Of a stretch of DNA of 64,000 nt, positions 12,001 through 21,099 are shown piece by piece. Under the pieces are notes generated by a model. That model had not been told where the DNA came from, did no database searches, and saw only the letters and a program-made list of their open reading frames with translations. Source of the stretch: Giardia intestinalis. Its lineage: Eukaryota. Numbering within the stretch: position 1 is the stretch's first letter; each line of letters starts with the position of its first letter. The DNA lies in NCBI GenBank assembly GCA_000002435.2, contig CM018793.1. One strand, given 5' to 3'. Both the position numbers and the translations under genes were made by a program.

Positions 12001-12322
12001 AGAGAAAGATGGGCTGGAAAATGTCGATAAAAAGAAATATCGTTCTAATATAGTAGTAAAACATCTCGGAGATAAAGACCCCAGCATTCTGCAGTAAGTT
12101 TAGAAACATGTATGTAATAATTGGAAGGTAGCTCAGTGTCACGATCGCAAAGAGCAGGGCGCTAGAGTAGGGATAGTGCACGGAGTCTTCGGAGCGTCTT
12201 GTGCGAAAGCTTAAAATTTGTCTTATCACCCGCGCATACCCAGCGATGTAAAATGCTAATGAGATGAATATCCACTCCTCAACTACCAGGCGCGCTATGC
12301 CGTGCGGCTCCAGCTCTGCCAT
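9014..12322 (-). CDS. hypothetical polytopic membrane protein (N-terminal ~300 aa multi-TM, then ~800 aa soluble region)
   Basis: 1102-aa ORF starting at a genuine ATG behind an AT-rich element. The N-terminus has at least 7 hydrophobic helices (e.g. IFISLAFYIAGYARV, LLFAIVTLSYLPIITYMFLNLL, IFLFIDIFQPIFLCLLFTSFAF). Confidence 0.65.
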   Translation of the reverse strand: MAELEPHGIARLVVEEWIFISLAFYIAGYARVIRQILSFRTRRSEDSVHYPYSSALLFAIVTLSYLPIITYMFLNLLQNAGVFISEMFYYYIRTIFLFIDIFQPIFLCLLFTSFAFSPVHATFYAKLCIPPLCVIYLLGLIYEFNSEPNYVSTSSGYTSNVLIHALSVVAVFNIIMTIFINCTVRSRFLKVLESTVTSRKCLYMLCQESTFTKWTENLLEVITVLNVKYLSVTLLTRFLTFLNVFLPVKVYQKIWIFAPLANLVTCTITFEPVVRPKMAARFCEILFNKRSRHLFNIYITQTGAGNQQLFFLTDAAAYQNEVAVATDTTQMKDILIRVYYAWFIKTPIFSTEIYNSVTETVISLLSLPHSDGDLQGYKKLFIRCLRDAEISVSHYISHILLEKYQRSRIGFMEYVYNTFFCLAKPCRSDKMAEDLITNVFALKRDAVETKEIVDTVTSNPYTIMHIPNIIALYLPAHEINYTPSGDIKPPLQYKSRFLVQETHQQLLALSIDLLNTDAITNSQKKLIRLYLKEMFMRQIQHQLFVRDQDIHLETIHYFFGHLIGKRNNASLRNPLLNKYDDRSRKETMNINNYLSDLRSSVTHIEQSIDNAVDAFLSGTFCARDSITDDGGHLSYSLVRDSFSADDMVRQAKIGQRVKVRGQYLACPTPQIPEKNYKTIEELSASEKAFLKSIIISRSKIVDTEHFIMKINEDVYSQYPHSFFSQGCEDYQDYTTGTLFPAKVSKNFKKMTNEAMASYWANIILNGSVSDEKLEAERPEKLEHTLYTFRSNVSNHKKLFRLLFSCIQYFELSHYKIPPQSLSDLCYKLTTNEVSSTYYCSSRSILVLRQVFIFLAMLQKGSHGLLSDAQILGLLLGAACSYFNHVAYTEDGVISSQQWLAGVYNDRSPIMNYTAASGWILMRESGVLINIPQSTCRIIRTVYINFLRAICKKALVSSYVHLLSEMEHPIKKDTVCDFSMRVCLLYAAIVAQSDQLSNKSNAIYLSLLNYAEKRHEEQILTYSLYTDESYLIRITPYMDLLPPTEYAKSLHVFSPPLDLIEQALVVIGNVLEVPVDSWLKDIEFLSKDLRSVGRLWANILLRK

Positions 12323-12489
12323 GCGCCTGCCAATAAATAATCGGCCAAAAAAGAGGACACAATAGATTAAAAAGTAATGTAAGTCAGGAAAAATGCATAA
12401 AAATTATGAAATGCCATGAACGCTAAAACATCATAGGCACCTTTCCGAGGAGCTAGAAGCTAGAGGAATGCACGGCTTGCACAGCCGGG

Positions 12490-13827
12490 TTATACGATGT
12501 TGCGCTTAAACTCCAAGCCATTGCGCAGCACCGAAATGAGATTGTTCAGCTTTCCTCGGTCAAATCTATTGTACTTATGTATAACATACTCGCTCTCTTT
12601 CACGGTGAGTACTCGCCCAGACACACCGTCTATGGTTGTTATATCTCCATATGTGGCGTCTATCAATTCAACAAAGTGGAATGCATACTCGCAAAGAGCT
12701 CTAGGGCTCACTTTTGCGAAATTTTTGGGCAGTAACGCACACTCCTCCAACGGCGCTTGTACCATTAGCGTGAACTCCCCAGCCTTCAGTTTGGCCACAA
12801 CAGTTTCTCGCTTGATTCTCTCGGCGGTTCTGGTGTTTCTTAAAACATTGGTAATGTGAAAGCATGAAAACGGCAACAGCATGCAACCAACAGCACCATG
12901 CATCAAGCAAGAGAGTACATGAATGGGGACGGAATTGATGAGCCAAAGTGCCATAAACTTAACAGATATCTTCTTAGACCAGGCTAGGCTCAGCACAGGG
13001 AGACCAGGAAGCGTTAGGACTCGATAAATGGTTAGAGCATTAATGAGCGCAGTGTTAATGAGTGCCACGGATGTAAAAAAGAGAAACCCGTTGAACCACA
13101 GAAGATTGTTTCTGCCTATGCAGCTATTAGTCCAGATGCAGTGGTGATCAAAGTCCAGCACACACCTTGAGCAAACGCCGCAGTGATGAGAACGAGGCGG
13201 TCGAGGAACCATGCATGTAGAGCATACTTTTCTGGGGTACAAAAAGGTGTCATATGCACTGTCGGACTCCAGGTCCGAAGCCTCCTTTCGGGCGTCAACC
13301 TCCGGGTCTGTCACACCAACAGAATTGTTAGCACCAGTGCTAGATTTATCTGGTGCCACGGTTCCAGGATCCAGCAGGCATGCCAGCGCAAAGGAGGTTG
13401 CTGATAAAATATTAAAGGCAGGTACACTGACCATACGAACCTTACCAACTATACTAACCTTACTAGGGCTAGACGAGTAGGGGGATAAATTTAAAAGCGC
13501 TCGGGTCCATTGATACGCGCCTTCCTCTCCACTTCTTTCTGGGATGATTACTGTTAGAGGTCCTAGAATAGTTTTGAAAAAAGAATACATGGACATGATG
13601 AAGAGCAGCCAATAGAAACATACGACAAAGCAGTTGCGTCGCTGAAATAAGAGCTGGTCAAGGTTCAGAACACACACACCCTTCCTATTTCTCTCTAAAC
13701 ACAAAAGACATTGCCTCAACCTATAGAGGCGCGACGTACGCGGTGCTGCAGCTGCAATGTTGCCAATAAGCACCCCGAACGCAAGAGATAACGGCGCTGC
13801 TATGACTAGAAAGACCAATATGGCCAT
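12490..13827 (-). CDS. DHHC-type protein S-palmitoyltransferase
   Basis: DHHC cysteine-rich domain CSTCMVPRPPRSHHCGVCSRCVLDFDHHCIWTNSCIGRNN. Four TM helices, a post-TM4 NxTTxE-like motif (NTRTAE) and a C-terminal tail. ATG behind an AT-rich initiator. Confidence 0.85.
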   Translation of the reverse strand: MAILVFLVIAAPLSLAFGVLIGNIAAAAPRTSRLYRLRQCLLCLERNRKGVCVLNLDQLLFQRRNCFVVCFYWLLFIMSMYSFFKTILGPLTVIIPERSGEEGAYQWTRALLNLSPYSSSPSKVSIVGKVRMVSVPAFNILSATSFALACLLDPGTVAPDKSSTGANNSVGVTDPEVDARKEASDLESDSAYDTFLYPRKVCSTCMVPRPPRSHHCGVCSRCVLDFDHHCIWTNSCIGRNNLLWFNGFLFFTSVALINTALINALTIYRVLTLPGLPVLSLAWSKKISVKFMALWLINSVPIHVLSCLMHGAVGCMLLPFSCFHITNVLRNTRTAERIKRETVVAKLKAGEFTLMVQAPLEECALLPKNFAKVSPRALCEYAFHFVELIDATYGDITTIDGVSGRVLTVKESEYVIHKYNRFDRGKLNNLISVLRNGLEFKRNIV

Positions 13828-13857
13828 CGAATTTTATACATTTATAAAAAGTAGAGA
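13828..13857. promoter_or_regulatory. 30-bp AT-rich bidirectional initiator region between the divergent DHHC and coiled-coil genes
   Basis: cgaattttatacatttataaaaagtagaga lies between the ATG at 13827 (minus strand) and the ATG at 13858 (plus strand). Giardia promoters are short AT-rich initiators next to the ATG. Confidence 0.55.
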
Positions 13858-16800
13858 ATGCCTCCAGATCCGAGCATGATCACAAAGCTTTTGCAGCAGG
13901 CCGAAGTGGCCTCGGCCCAGCTAGGAAGCACACAATCAAAGCTAAGTCTCAATAAAGCCACTAAGGTCTCAAAGCGGGCCACAACCACGATCACAACCAC
14001 GGCCACAGCAGTCCCCCCACCGGTGCTTCCAGAAGAGGAGGAGCACGGCGATGTCATGACATCAACGATGGAGCACCTTCTGCGAAACCGGGGATATGAG
14101 TATCTCACTGAACAGAATGAGTTAGCCCAAAAGAGCAAAGAGGACGCCCGCATTCTAGTTGAGCAAGGGGCGAAGGAGTTTTTCTATGGCAAAGATCTTC
14201 CGCCGATCAGCTTAACGCAAGACCCGGAACGCTACGTCAACAAGGTTTTATCAGATAACTCAGCGTTTTACTCGAACATCAGAGAGTCGTCTATCACCAA
14301 CAAAGGCAACACTAAACCAGGCTGCACTTTAGAGAACACTGTAAGGAAATGCAGCTCTGTTTTATCTGATGCATCGAGCAACCCTGACACAGTCTCAGCG
14401 AGCGGCACAACAGGATCTACTCATACAGGAAGGGCTTCTAAAGAACCAGGCGCAGTCAGGCAACGCAATCATCGCACACTCGCTACGTCTCTTAATATCG
14501 TACAGAAACTGCTTAACGAACCAGTCACTCGAAAGCAGTCTATATTTACACTTTCTCAGCGCCACTTCCTCACAGCAGACTTCCTCATGGGCGACATAAT
14601 CGATGCTTTAGCATCTGACTCCCGTGAGATGCGAGGTGCAATGGAGATGGCCAGGAAGATCTACACCTCAGCTTATTCAGATAACAAGTGTGGAGACTTT
14701 CTGCTGTCGGCGGAAATAGTACGCCTGAAGCAGGAGTTACACGAAACAAAAATAGCATTAGAAAAGCAGAGACAACGGGCAATTGTCTTGCTCACAGCCA
14801 TGGATGACCGGCGCAAGCTGGACCAAAAGAGAGCAGAAGAAACCGTCAAGAAGGTGGAGGAGCAGAGGGCCATAGAGGTCAATGCTGCAATGCAGCGGAC
14901 TCGTGACTACGGTGAGCAGGTGCGTATACTGCGGGCTGTCATTGAAGCAATTAAAAATGACCAGCAAGTGAAGGAAGTAGAGACCCTCAAGCAGAACCTG
15001 GATTCCTCGCGTGCGCTTACCAGGGAGTTGGAAGGCAAAAACGTGCAGCTCATGGAATCTCTTCAAACACTGCAGGCAGCGTACAGCGATCTTCAGATGG
15101 AGCATCAAGAGGCTGGAGCTGTAATAATGCAGCTGAGAGCAGAGCTAAAGGCTGCTAACAACGAGAGGGAGTACTGTAAGGGTTGTTCGAGTAGGATCAT
15201 AGAGAGGTCCAAATACGTCGGTTCTGAGATAACTAATCGCGTAGAGAGGCTGGAAGCTGTCAGTGCCATACTCTCTGGACTGCAGGTCAATAAGGAAAAG
15301 CTTCAGATGTCTATTGATAACCCAGGAGTGTCAGAGTATCTCTACGAAAAAGAGAAAGTAGTGTCTTCCTTCTTCGATGATTTAAGGGCAGCGGAGAAAG
15401 AGAAGCTGCACCTCCTGCAGCAGGAGCCGCCTGATGCTCAAGCCGAGCATCCCGAAGGACAGAACAAAGGGGCCTCTGTCGTCGACAGAGTAGACGAGTC
15501 GTATTACCTTATTGATCTCAGCAAGTTGGCACGCTCACTCTGTCTTATAGAAATGCGCCTGGAAGCGGCGCCAAAGCTTCAGCAGTTAGACGATGAAATA
15601 ACTGCTCTGCGGTACGAAAACAACAGGCTCAAGAACGTTGAGCAAGAGCTCACCGAGCTAAGGAAGGTATACCGATCTGTTATTTCTCGCACCCAGGCTA
15701 TAGAGCCCAAGGCTTCGGGTGCTGACACAGAAGCGGACCCCAAGGGGGACTCTACAAAGGAAACTCAGGGCGCTTCAGCCGGAAAGATAGAGGGGTCGCA
15801 CTTAGCATCAGCTCAGAACCAAGGTATCTACGAGAACTCTGTGACTCTTCTGCGCGAGCAGCCCTTGCAACTGCTTATATCTAAAAATTTCAAGATACAG
15901 CTAGTAGAAAGAGAAGACAGAGACAAGGAGGGATCAGAGCTTACAACAACACCAAACTACGTCTCCGCGGTTATTTTGAGCTTTCTCCGACACCTCTGCA
16001 TGTCCTCTTTCACATCAGATACGTCGATGTGCCGCCAGCTGACCGGGCGGTGCATGCCAAAAGCCGATGGCACACCCTATCCAACGACTTATCCCATACA
16101 GGCACTCTTTACGGGCTGGGTTCATGCGCAGTATCACATCGTTCCAGAAGATAGGAGGCAGTTTGAGGTCGAGCTACTTGTCAACAAGGTTTCTTGCTGT
16201 CTACAAGCCTTTCAATCTCTCACATCAGACATCTTTATTGAAGACGAGTCAATGCTGCTCTCCCTCGGCTCCCTACTATTAAACACCTCCATCAGCGCAG
16301 ACGAGGTGAGTTTCTTGATATACATTACCATTCTAACACACGGTGGCCTTCCAGACGCCCACCCTGTGCTTCTCCCTCACCTGGAGAAAGACGTAAAGAT
16401 AACCACAGCGTACATCTCCCTAAAACGAGCAATTAATATTATTCTTGCTACTGTCTCCAAAACTATTCAGAAGGGCTTTATCGAGTTCTTTATCCATCAA
16501 GGCCGGTCGACATCGCTGATAAAAGACGTCACGCTGGCCGACATCTCCTCTGGGAGGGTCTTCGTGGTCGACGTATACGAAAACCTGGATGGGGATGACC
16601 TTTATGACGCGGACATTCGTGAGATTTTTGCAGCCAACAAGGACTACTTCAGCGATACTGGAGCGGCGTCCTCCGCTACCGTTGGACTTTCCTCAAGTGT
16701 GGCATCACCCATCAAGAACCTACGGAACCGTGACGATCTAACACGAGTCTCCATCATTAACGCAAACTTCTTTTTGCTGTCCATGCTCAAGGCCTACCGG

Positions 16801-17664
16801 ACAGAGGTTATGACGCGCCTTGAAGCTACCAGACTGATGTATGCGGGAAGTCTTCTGGAGACCTCTACATTGTTGCGCTCTTCTAAGATGACCGCTCTTC
16901 CGGACACCATGAAATTCAGGATTGTGAGGGAGATAATAAGGATGATTAACCCCATCTGTGACGATAGCATGATTGATGCTGCTTATTTGGATGTCATTTG
17001 GAGGAGCCCGAGCGCCAACTGGAGCATCCTTGTCGACGCGTGCAAAACACGTGGCGTGTTTGCAAGCGCATTGAAGTTCCCGCCCATCGAGGTCATGATG
17101 CCTTTGGTGGGAGGCTACTATACAGGTGCTACAAACCCTGGGCTGTCATCTAACCCGGGTGTTGCTCCAGCAAGCATAGCGGCGTATGCAAATGACTACG
17201 ATACTATACTAAGCCAAGCAAGAAGCCTTTTTGACAAAGCAAAAGTGGCCCTTCTGCACCTGTCCAGCGCAATGGGAACGGAATCGGCTGTTTGCACCAG
17301 GTCCATTATTCAGGAAGTATCAAACATAGAGAGGACAGCGCTTACGTTTGACAATTTAGGCCTTGTCATTAGTGCCCTCAAAGCAACCCTGCTCTATGCA
17401 GTAGAGCTATCCTTCTCCGTCATTTCTGCCTGTGGAAGAGACTATGGAATAGAGTCTCTGTCTGTGCGTAAATCCCTTGCAGAAGGCAAGGGCGTGTCTC
17501 TTCGCAAGGTGGCCCGACAGCCGACAGAGATATGGATCGACAGCCTTTATTACCTCACAGGGGCCCTTGCAGCCTCCTTGGGGTGGGAGACGGACTCCGG
17601 CATGTGCGTGGCGAGCATGTCTATGAAACGGAAGCTATCATCTCGTGGAGAGTCGCGGGCGTAG
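13858..17664 (+). CDS. large coiled-coil hypothetical protein (1268 aa)
   Basis: Long ORF from a genuine ATG. Extended heptad-like, charged region (residues ~270-620, e.g. LKQELHETKIALEKQRQRAIV...). Ends 18 bp before the stop of the convergent RPS2 gene. Confidence 0.65.
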   Translation: MPPDPSMITKLLQQAEVASAQLGSTQSKLSLNKATKVSKRATTTITTTATAVPPPVLPEEEEHGDVMTSTMEHLLRNRGYEYLTEQNELAQKSKEDARILVEQGAKEFFYGKDLPPISLTQDPERYVNKVLSDNSAFYSNIRESSITNKGNTKPGCTLENTVRKCSSVLSDASSNPDTVSASGTTGSTHTGRASKEPGAVRQRNHRTLATSLNIVQKLLNEPVTRKQSIFTLSQRHFLTADFLMGDIIDALASDSREMRGAMEMARKIYTSAYSDNKCGDFLLSAEIVRLKQELHETKIALEKQRQRAIVLLTAMDDRRKLDQKRAEETVKKVEEQRAIEVNAAMQRTRDYGEQVRILRAVIEAIKNDQQVKEVETLKQNLDSSRALTRELEGKNVQLMESLQTLQAAYSDLQMEHQEAGAVIMQLRAELKAANNEREYCKGCSSRIIERSKYVGSEITNRVERLEAVSAILSGLQVNKEKLQMSIDNPGVSEYLYEKEKVVSSFFDDLRAAEKEKLHLLQQEPPDAQAEHPEGQNKGASVVDRVDESYYLIDLSKLARSLCLIEMRLEAAPKLQQLDDEITALRYENNRLKNVEQELTELRKVYRSVISRTQAIEPKASGADTEADPKGDSTKETQGASAGKIEGSHLASAQNQGIYENSVTLLREQPLQLLISKNFKIQLVEREDRDKEGSELTTTPNYVSAVILSFLRHLCMSSFTSDTSMCRQLTGRCMPKADGTPYPTTYPIQALFTGWVHAQYHIVPEDRRQFEVELLVNKVSCCLQAFQSLTSDIFIEDESMLLSLGSLLLNTSISADEVSFLIYITILTHGGLPDAHPVLLPHLEKDVKITTAYISLKRAINIILATVSKTIQKGFIEFFIHQGRSTSLIKDVTLADISSGRVFVVDVYENLDGDDLYDADIREIFAANKDYFSDTGAASSATVGLSSSVASPIKNLRNRDDLTRVSIINANFFLLSMLKAYRTEVMTRLEATRLMYAGSLLETSTLLRSSKMTALPDTMKFRIVREIIRMINPICDDSMIDAAYLDVIWRSPSANWSILVDACKTRGVFASALKFPPIEVMMPLVGGYYTGATNPGLSSNPGVAPASIAAYANDYDTILSQARSLFDKAKVALLHLSSAMGTESAVCTRSIIQEVSNIERTALTFDNLGLVISALKATLLYAVELSFSVISACGRDYGIESLSVRKSLAEGKGVSLRKVARQPTEIWIDSLYYLTGALAASLGWETDSGMCVASMSMKRKLSSRGESRA

Positions 17665-17682
17665 CGGGGACGGTTTACTTGC

Positions 17683-18411
17683 CTAGTCAGCGAGGGACAT
17701 GGTACGGATGTCCTGGACATGGTCGAGCTGTTCTTTTTTCCACAGGTCAGGCGTAAGAATGGAGTAGGAGCTTTTCAGGGCGTTGTAAACGGCCCCCACC
17801 GAGTTCATCAGCGTTCTTGAGTGGCCACTCTGCCTCGTGAAGACATCGGATACGCCCGCGAACTCAAGGACTTTTGCAACCGTGGGGGACGCCACAATGC
17901 CTGCGCCGCGGGGCGCGGGAATAAGACGGACCCGGACGGAGCCGCACTTACCTGAGAGCTTCGACGACACCGTATGAGGATCTCCAAGCTTTCCGCCCCA
18001 GAAGCCGCGCCTGACGGGAACGATGTTGAGCCTGGCGTTCTTTGCCGCCTTCTTGATGGCATTCGCCACCTCCTTGGAGACACCTGCTCCATAGCCGATG
18101 AATCCGTCACGGTTCCCGACTATCACATGAGCACGGAACCTCGTACGCTGCCCGGCTGTGGTCTGCTTCTGGACAGACATGATATTGCACACCTCCTCCG
18201 CAAGCTCGCTCTTCGGAAAGAAGTAGTCAATGATCTCTGTCTCCTTGATGGGGAGAGAATACTTGAAAATGTCATAAAGGGACTCTATCTTTCCTGCCTT
18301 CACCAAGCGGCCGAGTTTCGTGGACGGATGCCACTCTTCCTCCTCCATCTGACGAGGTCCGCGCTCACCGCGCTCTGGTCGTTCTGGCCTGGGAGCACTT
18401 TCAGCCTGCAT
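17683..18411 (-). CDS. RPS2: 40S ribosomal protein S2 (uS5)
   Basis: N-terminal RPERPERGERG Arg/Gly-rich region. Conserved uS5 core (GFWGGKLGDPHTV ... VRLIPAPRGAGIVASPTVAKVLEFAGV ... SGHSRTLMNSVGAVYNAL). Confidence 0.95.
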   Translation of the reverse strand: MQAESAPRPERPERGERGPRQMEEEEWHPSTKLGRLVKAGKIESLYDIFKYSLPIKETEIIDYFFPKSELAEEVCNIMSVQKQTTAGQRTRFRAHVIVGNRDGFIGYGAGVSKEVANAIKKAAKNARLNIVPVRRGFWGGKLGDPHTVSSKLSGKCGSVRVRLIPAPRGAGIVASPTVAKVLEFAGVSDVFTRQSGHSRTLMNSVGAVYNALKSSYSILTPDLWKKEQLDHVQDIRTMSLAD

Positions 18412-18539
18412 GCTACGCCATGGACGTTAGTTTTGGGCTACAAAGTCAAATCAAAATTAGAACGTTTTTTTAATCGCTGGTCAGAAAAGTGGACGAAATT
18501 TGAAAAGTGTGCACCTCTAATTTCAGTGTAATAATTGCA
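18412..18539. promoter_or_regulatory. shared divergent promoter region of RPS2 and the UTP18-like gene
   Basis: 128-bp AT-rich spacer (aaattagaggtgcacacttttcaaatttcgtcc..., taataattgca-ATG) between the two start codons. Confidence 0.45.
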
Positions 18540-20177
18540 ATGAGCACAAGGGACCGAGAGGCGGAGGAGGCTCTTTACAAGGACGTGTTTGGGGAGTCTG
18601 AGCTCCTGGACTTGTGCTCGGACAACAGGGCTCTGCAGGAGGGGTCTGTGCACGCGTCTCCCGGGGCATCTCCTCAATCTGGGGACGGGCGATCCGAAGC
18701 GTCTGGTTCAGTCCTCTCCGACGACTCCTTTTTTGATGACGAAGATGTCGATAAGACGGAAGAACAGAATATTCGCAATCAAAAGGCACGAGGTCTTTCC
18801 TGGGCCGTTGAACGGGCAGAGGACGATGAGTTTCGAAAAAGACTGGATGAGCTAGCCCGGGAAGAAGCTATCAATGTATTATCTTTGGGGACAGAACCCA
18901 ATCTAAAAAGGACCGTATTAAGCCAATTGGGTCCTTCTAGTCAACTGGAGTTAAAGCGGCTCTCACCACTCACAGTTTCTGATTGTCCTATGCACAAGGT
19001 AACGTCGATTCACGTGCACCCCAATGGAAGACTAGCGATTGTCTCTTCGCTGGACAATAGGCTCCGTCTCTTCGAGATAGACGACCCTACAAACCCACTT
19101 GTCAGCTCCTTCCTATTCACGCAGGTTACCCCCACATCTGCCTTCTTTTCAGACAACTACCGGTGGCTGGTGATTACTGGCAATACAAACTTTTATCACC
19201 TTTTTGATTTAGAGACGGGGACTGATGTCAAGCGCAGGCTTCCCTTGCGAAAGCGGCACCTCAAAGATGCTAGCTTGGACTATTATCTCAAAGGGAGGAA
19301 CCGTGAAGTCCTAGTTCTCTCCATGCAGAGCTCCATTCCAGGATGGCCAGGGAGTTCGCTTATATTTTTCAGCGAGTGCAGTGGTGCTGCAAATTATAGC
19401 AGGGTGAACAATTTGGCACACAGAAATGTTGACCCTGGGAAAACAAACGGCATAAAGGCAGGCTATGGGCCCCCAGACGCACAATCGGAGACCAGAGAGA
19501 CAGACAGATACACCTTTGTTTATGGCTTACACTTAGAGACCAACTCATATGCCTATAAGCTGCAATTCCCCTTTGCTACAACGGGTCTTATACGACTCAT
19601 AAGTCCGTCTAACATGTCCCTGGCGCGGATATCGGGCCACACAAATGAGCACCCTATCCTGGTGGTTTCGGGGCGGGGACATGGTAACATTGCCTTGGTC
19701 GAGTTCGATGCATCGAATTTCTACTCGGTGAAGGATCCTATAATCTTCGGTGACGACTCCTTCAATATCACGGCTATGGCGGCCAGCCAAGTGCATATTG
19801 CTACGGGCGATGAGCACGGCTTCATCAACATCTATCGCATCTCAGACGTTTACTCAGCTAGTTCCACCAATAGTTCCTTAGAGCAGGACGCCTCCTCCAT
19901 CTATCGGCGGCCTCTGCGCGTTGCCCCATTATACGTCATTAAGAACATCGTCACTGAGATTATTTCCATGGAATTCAATCCGACCGGAGAAATACTAGTG
20001 GTGGCTTCTCAAGCCAACGAGACTCGCTTTATCAATCTTCACACTGGCAAGGTCTTCGACATTCAAAAGCCCCCCAGTGGTGCGTGCACGTTCGCCTTCA
20101 CTCCGGATCTCAGTAGGGTCTTTTGCGGGAGCCGACGGGGTGTGGTGGACACTTATGAACTAGTGGCTTCAAGTTGA
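18540..20177 (+). CDS. WD-repeat nucleolar protein, UTP18-like (U3 snoRNP / SSU processome)
   Basis: N-terminal EEALYKDVFGESELLDL resembles the yeast Utp18 N-terminal EEEQLLAKFVFGDTTDL motif. WD region DNRLRLFEIDDPTNPLVSSFLF resembles yeast Utp18 DKTLRIYHIDGKTNHLVTSLHL. The track start (18507) is a GTG. The first ATG at 18540 has an AT-rich context. Confidence 0.7.
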   Translation: MSTRDREAEEALYKDVFGESELLDLCSDNRALQEGSVHASPGASPQSGDGRSEASGSVLSDDSFFDDEDVDKTEEQNIRNQKARGLSWAVERAEDDEFRKRLDELAREEAINVLSLGTEPNLKRTVLSQLGPSSQLELKRLSPLTVSDCPMHKVTSIHVHPNGRLAIVSSLDNRLRLFEIDDPTNPLVSSFLFTQVTPTSAFFSDNYRWLVITGNTNFYHLFDLETGTDVKRRLPLRKRHLKDASLDYYLKGRNREVLVLSMQSSIPGWPGSSLIFFSECSGAANYSRVNNLAHRNVDPGKTNGIKAGYGPPDAQSETRETDRYTFVYGLHLETNSYAYKLQFPFATTGLIRLISPSNMSLARISGHTNEHPILVVSGRGHGNIALVEFDASNFYSVKDPIIFGDDSFNITAMAASQVHIATGDEHGFINIYRISDVYSASSTNSSLEQDASSIYRRPLRVAPLYVIKNIVTEIISMEFNPTGEILVVASQANETRFINLHTGKVFDIQKPPSGACTFAFTPDLSRVFCGSRRGVVDTYELVASS

Positions 20178-20264
20178 TTTTCTTAGAGAGGTGACAGAGA
20201 AGGTGAATCTAACAGTGGTTTTACAGAGCGAAAAGACAGACGAGTAAATAGGTACACAAGTGAA

Positions 20265-20690
20265 TTAGAGGAGAGTGAGCGTGGCCCCGGCAAAGCCGAT
20301 TAGCATGTTGAGCAGCGCCTCGTTGACACTATATGGCCTGTCTGCAATGAAAAGGGAGGCTTGCTTGGCGAGTCCAACAATGAAGATGAATGCACCCGTG
20401 AGGCGCATAAAATTATGTGGGCCAAGGGCAGGCTTGCGAGGGATGATACAAGCTCGCAGAAGAGTCCAGACAAAAAGAAGAATAGTTGCTGAAAGAAACA
20501 GAGTCGTTAGTAATGGATTGGGGAAGCTGTGAATCATCAGGCTGTTGCGTAGTATCTTTGGGAAGAGCGGCACCTCCTCTCCACGAGCAAAGTAGTCAAT
20601 GCGAAGGTTAGTCACCATAAGTGCGTATGGGTTCGCTGTTTGCTTTTTTCCAGGAAAACAAACCAATTTACAATGAAAGCTGGGGTGCAT
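20265..20690 (-). CDS. doubtful small hydrophobic protein (2-3 TM helices)
   Basis: ORF in a 555-bp convergent gap. The track start is a GTG. Neither candidate ATG (20690, 20618) has an AT-rich initiator. Hydrophobic segments LLTTLFLSATILLFVWTLL and LTGAFIFIVGLA. Confidence 0.3.
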   Translation of the reverse strand: MHPSFHCKLVCFPGKKQTANPYALMVTNLRIDYFARGEEVPLFPKILRNSLMIHSFPNPLLTTLFLSATILLFVWTLLRACIIPRKPALGPHNFMRLTGAFIFIVGLAKQASLFIADRPYSVNEALLNMLIGFAGATLTLL

Positions 20691-20732
20691 GCCACACACA
20701 AGCCATACGAGACACGGTGGAAGGCAGCATAA

Positions 20733-21074
20733 TTAGACATGCTTATAGCGTAGATATTCTGTTAAGAAAACCATAAGACGCTTTGTGAAGAGTAAGCACA
20801 CACAGAAAACTGCCAAAACTACTAGAAGGACCATATTCCGCTTATCGGACCGCCGCTTGGCCGCTGTATCTTCGAAGTATTTCTCTAGTTCAGTAAGATC
20901 CTTCTCCCTCCTATCCATGAGCCGCTTTACAGTGTAGATACTCATCGTGAGATATTCCTTAAGATCCGAGTTCTCGGCCAGGACATTGAAAGAGCGCGTA
21001 GCTTGGCGATGAACATTTGCGTACAGCTGAGTGTTCGTCAGCTCCGACGGGACATCGCGCTTCTGTTGTTGCAT
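20733..21074 (-). CDS. tail-anchored small protein, SNARE-like (single C-terminal TM after a charged helical segment)
   Basis: 113 aa. Helical charged region (DLKEYLTMSIYTVKRLMDRREKDLTELEKYFEDTAAKRRSDKRN) followed by a TM anchor MVLLVVLAVFCVCLLF. Genuine ATG behind an AT-rich initiator. Confidence 0.5.
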   Translation of the reverse strand: MQQQKRDVPSELTNTQLYANVHRQATRSFNVLAENSDLKEYLTMSIYTVKRLMDRREKDLTELEKYFEDTAAKRRSDKRNMVLLVVLAVFCVCLLFTKRLMVFLTEYLRYKHV

Positions 21075-21099
21075 TTGTAAATTTTGTCCTCATTAAAAA
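21075..21099. promoter_or_regulatory. 25-bp AT-rich bidirectional initiator between divergent genes
   Basis: ttgtaaattttgtcctcattaaaaa flanked by an ATG on each strand (21074 minus, 21100 plus). Confidence 0.55.

Noticed and set aside
12490-12900. Considered whether the C-terminal ~110 aa of the DHHC ORF is a separate fused gene
   Set aside because: The segment follows TM4 and an NxTTxE-like motif, as in ordinary DHHC enzymes, and is continuous in frame. It is best read as the normal cytoplasmic C-terminal tail.
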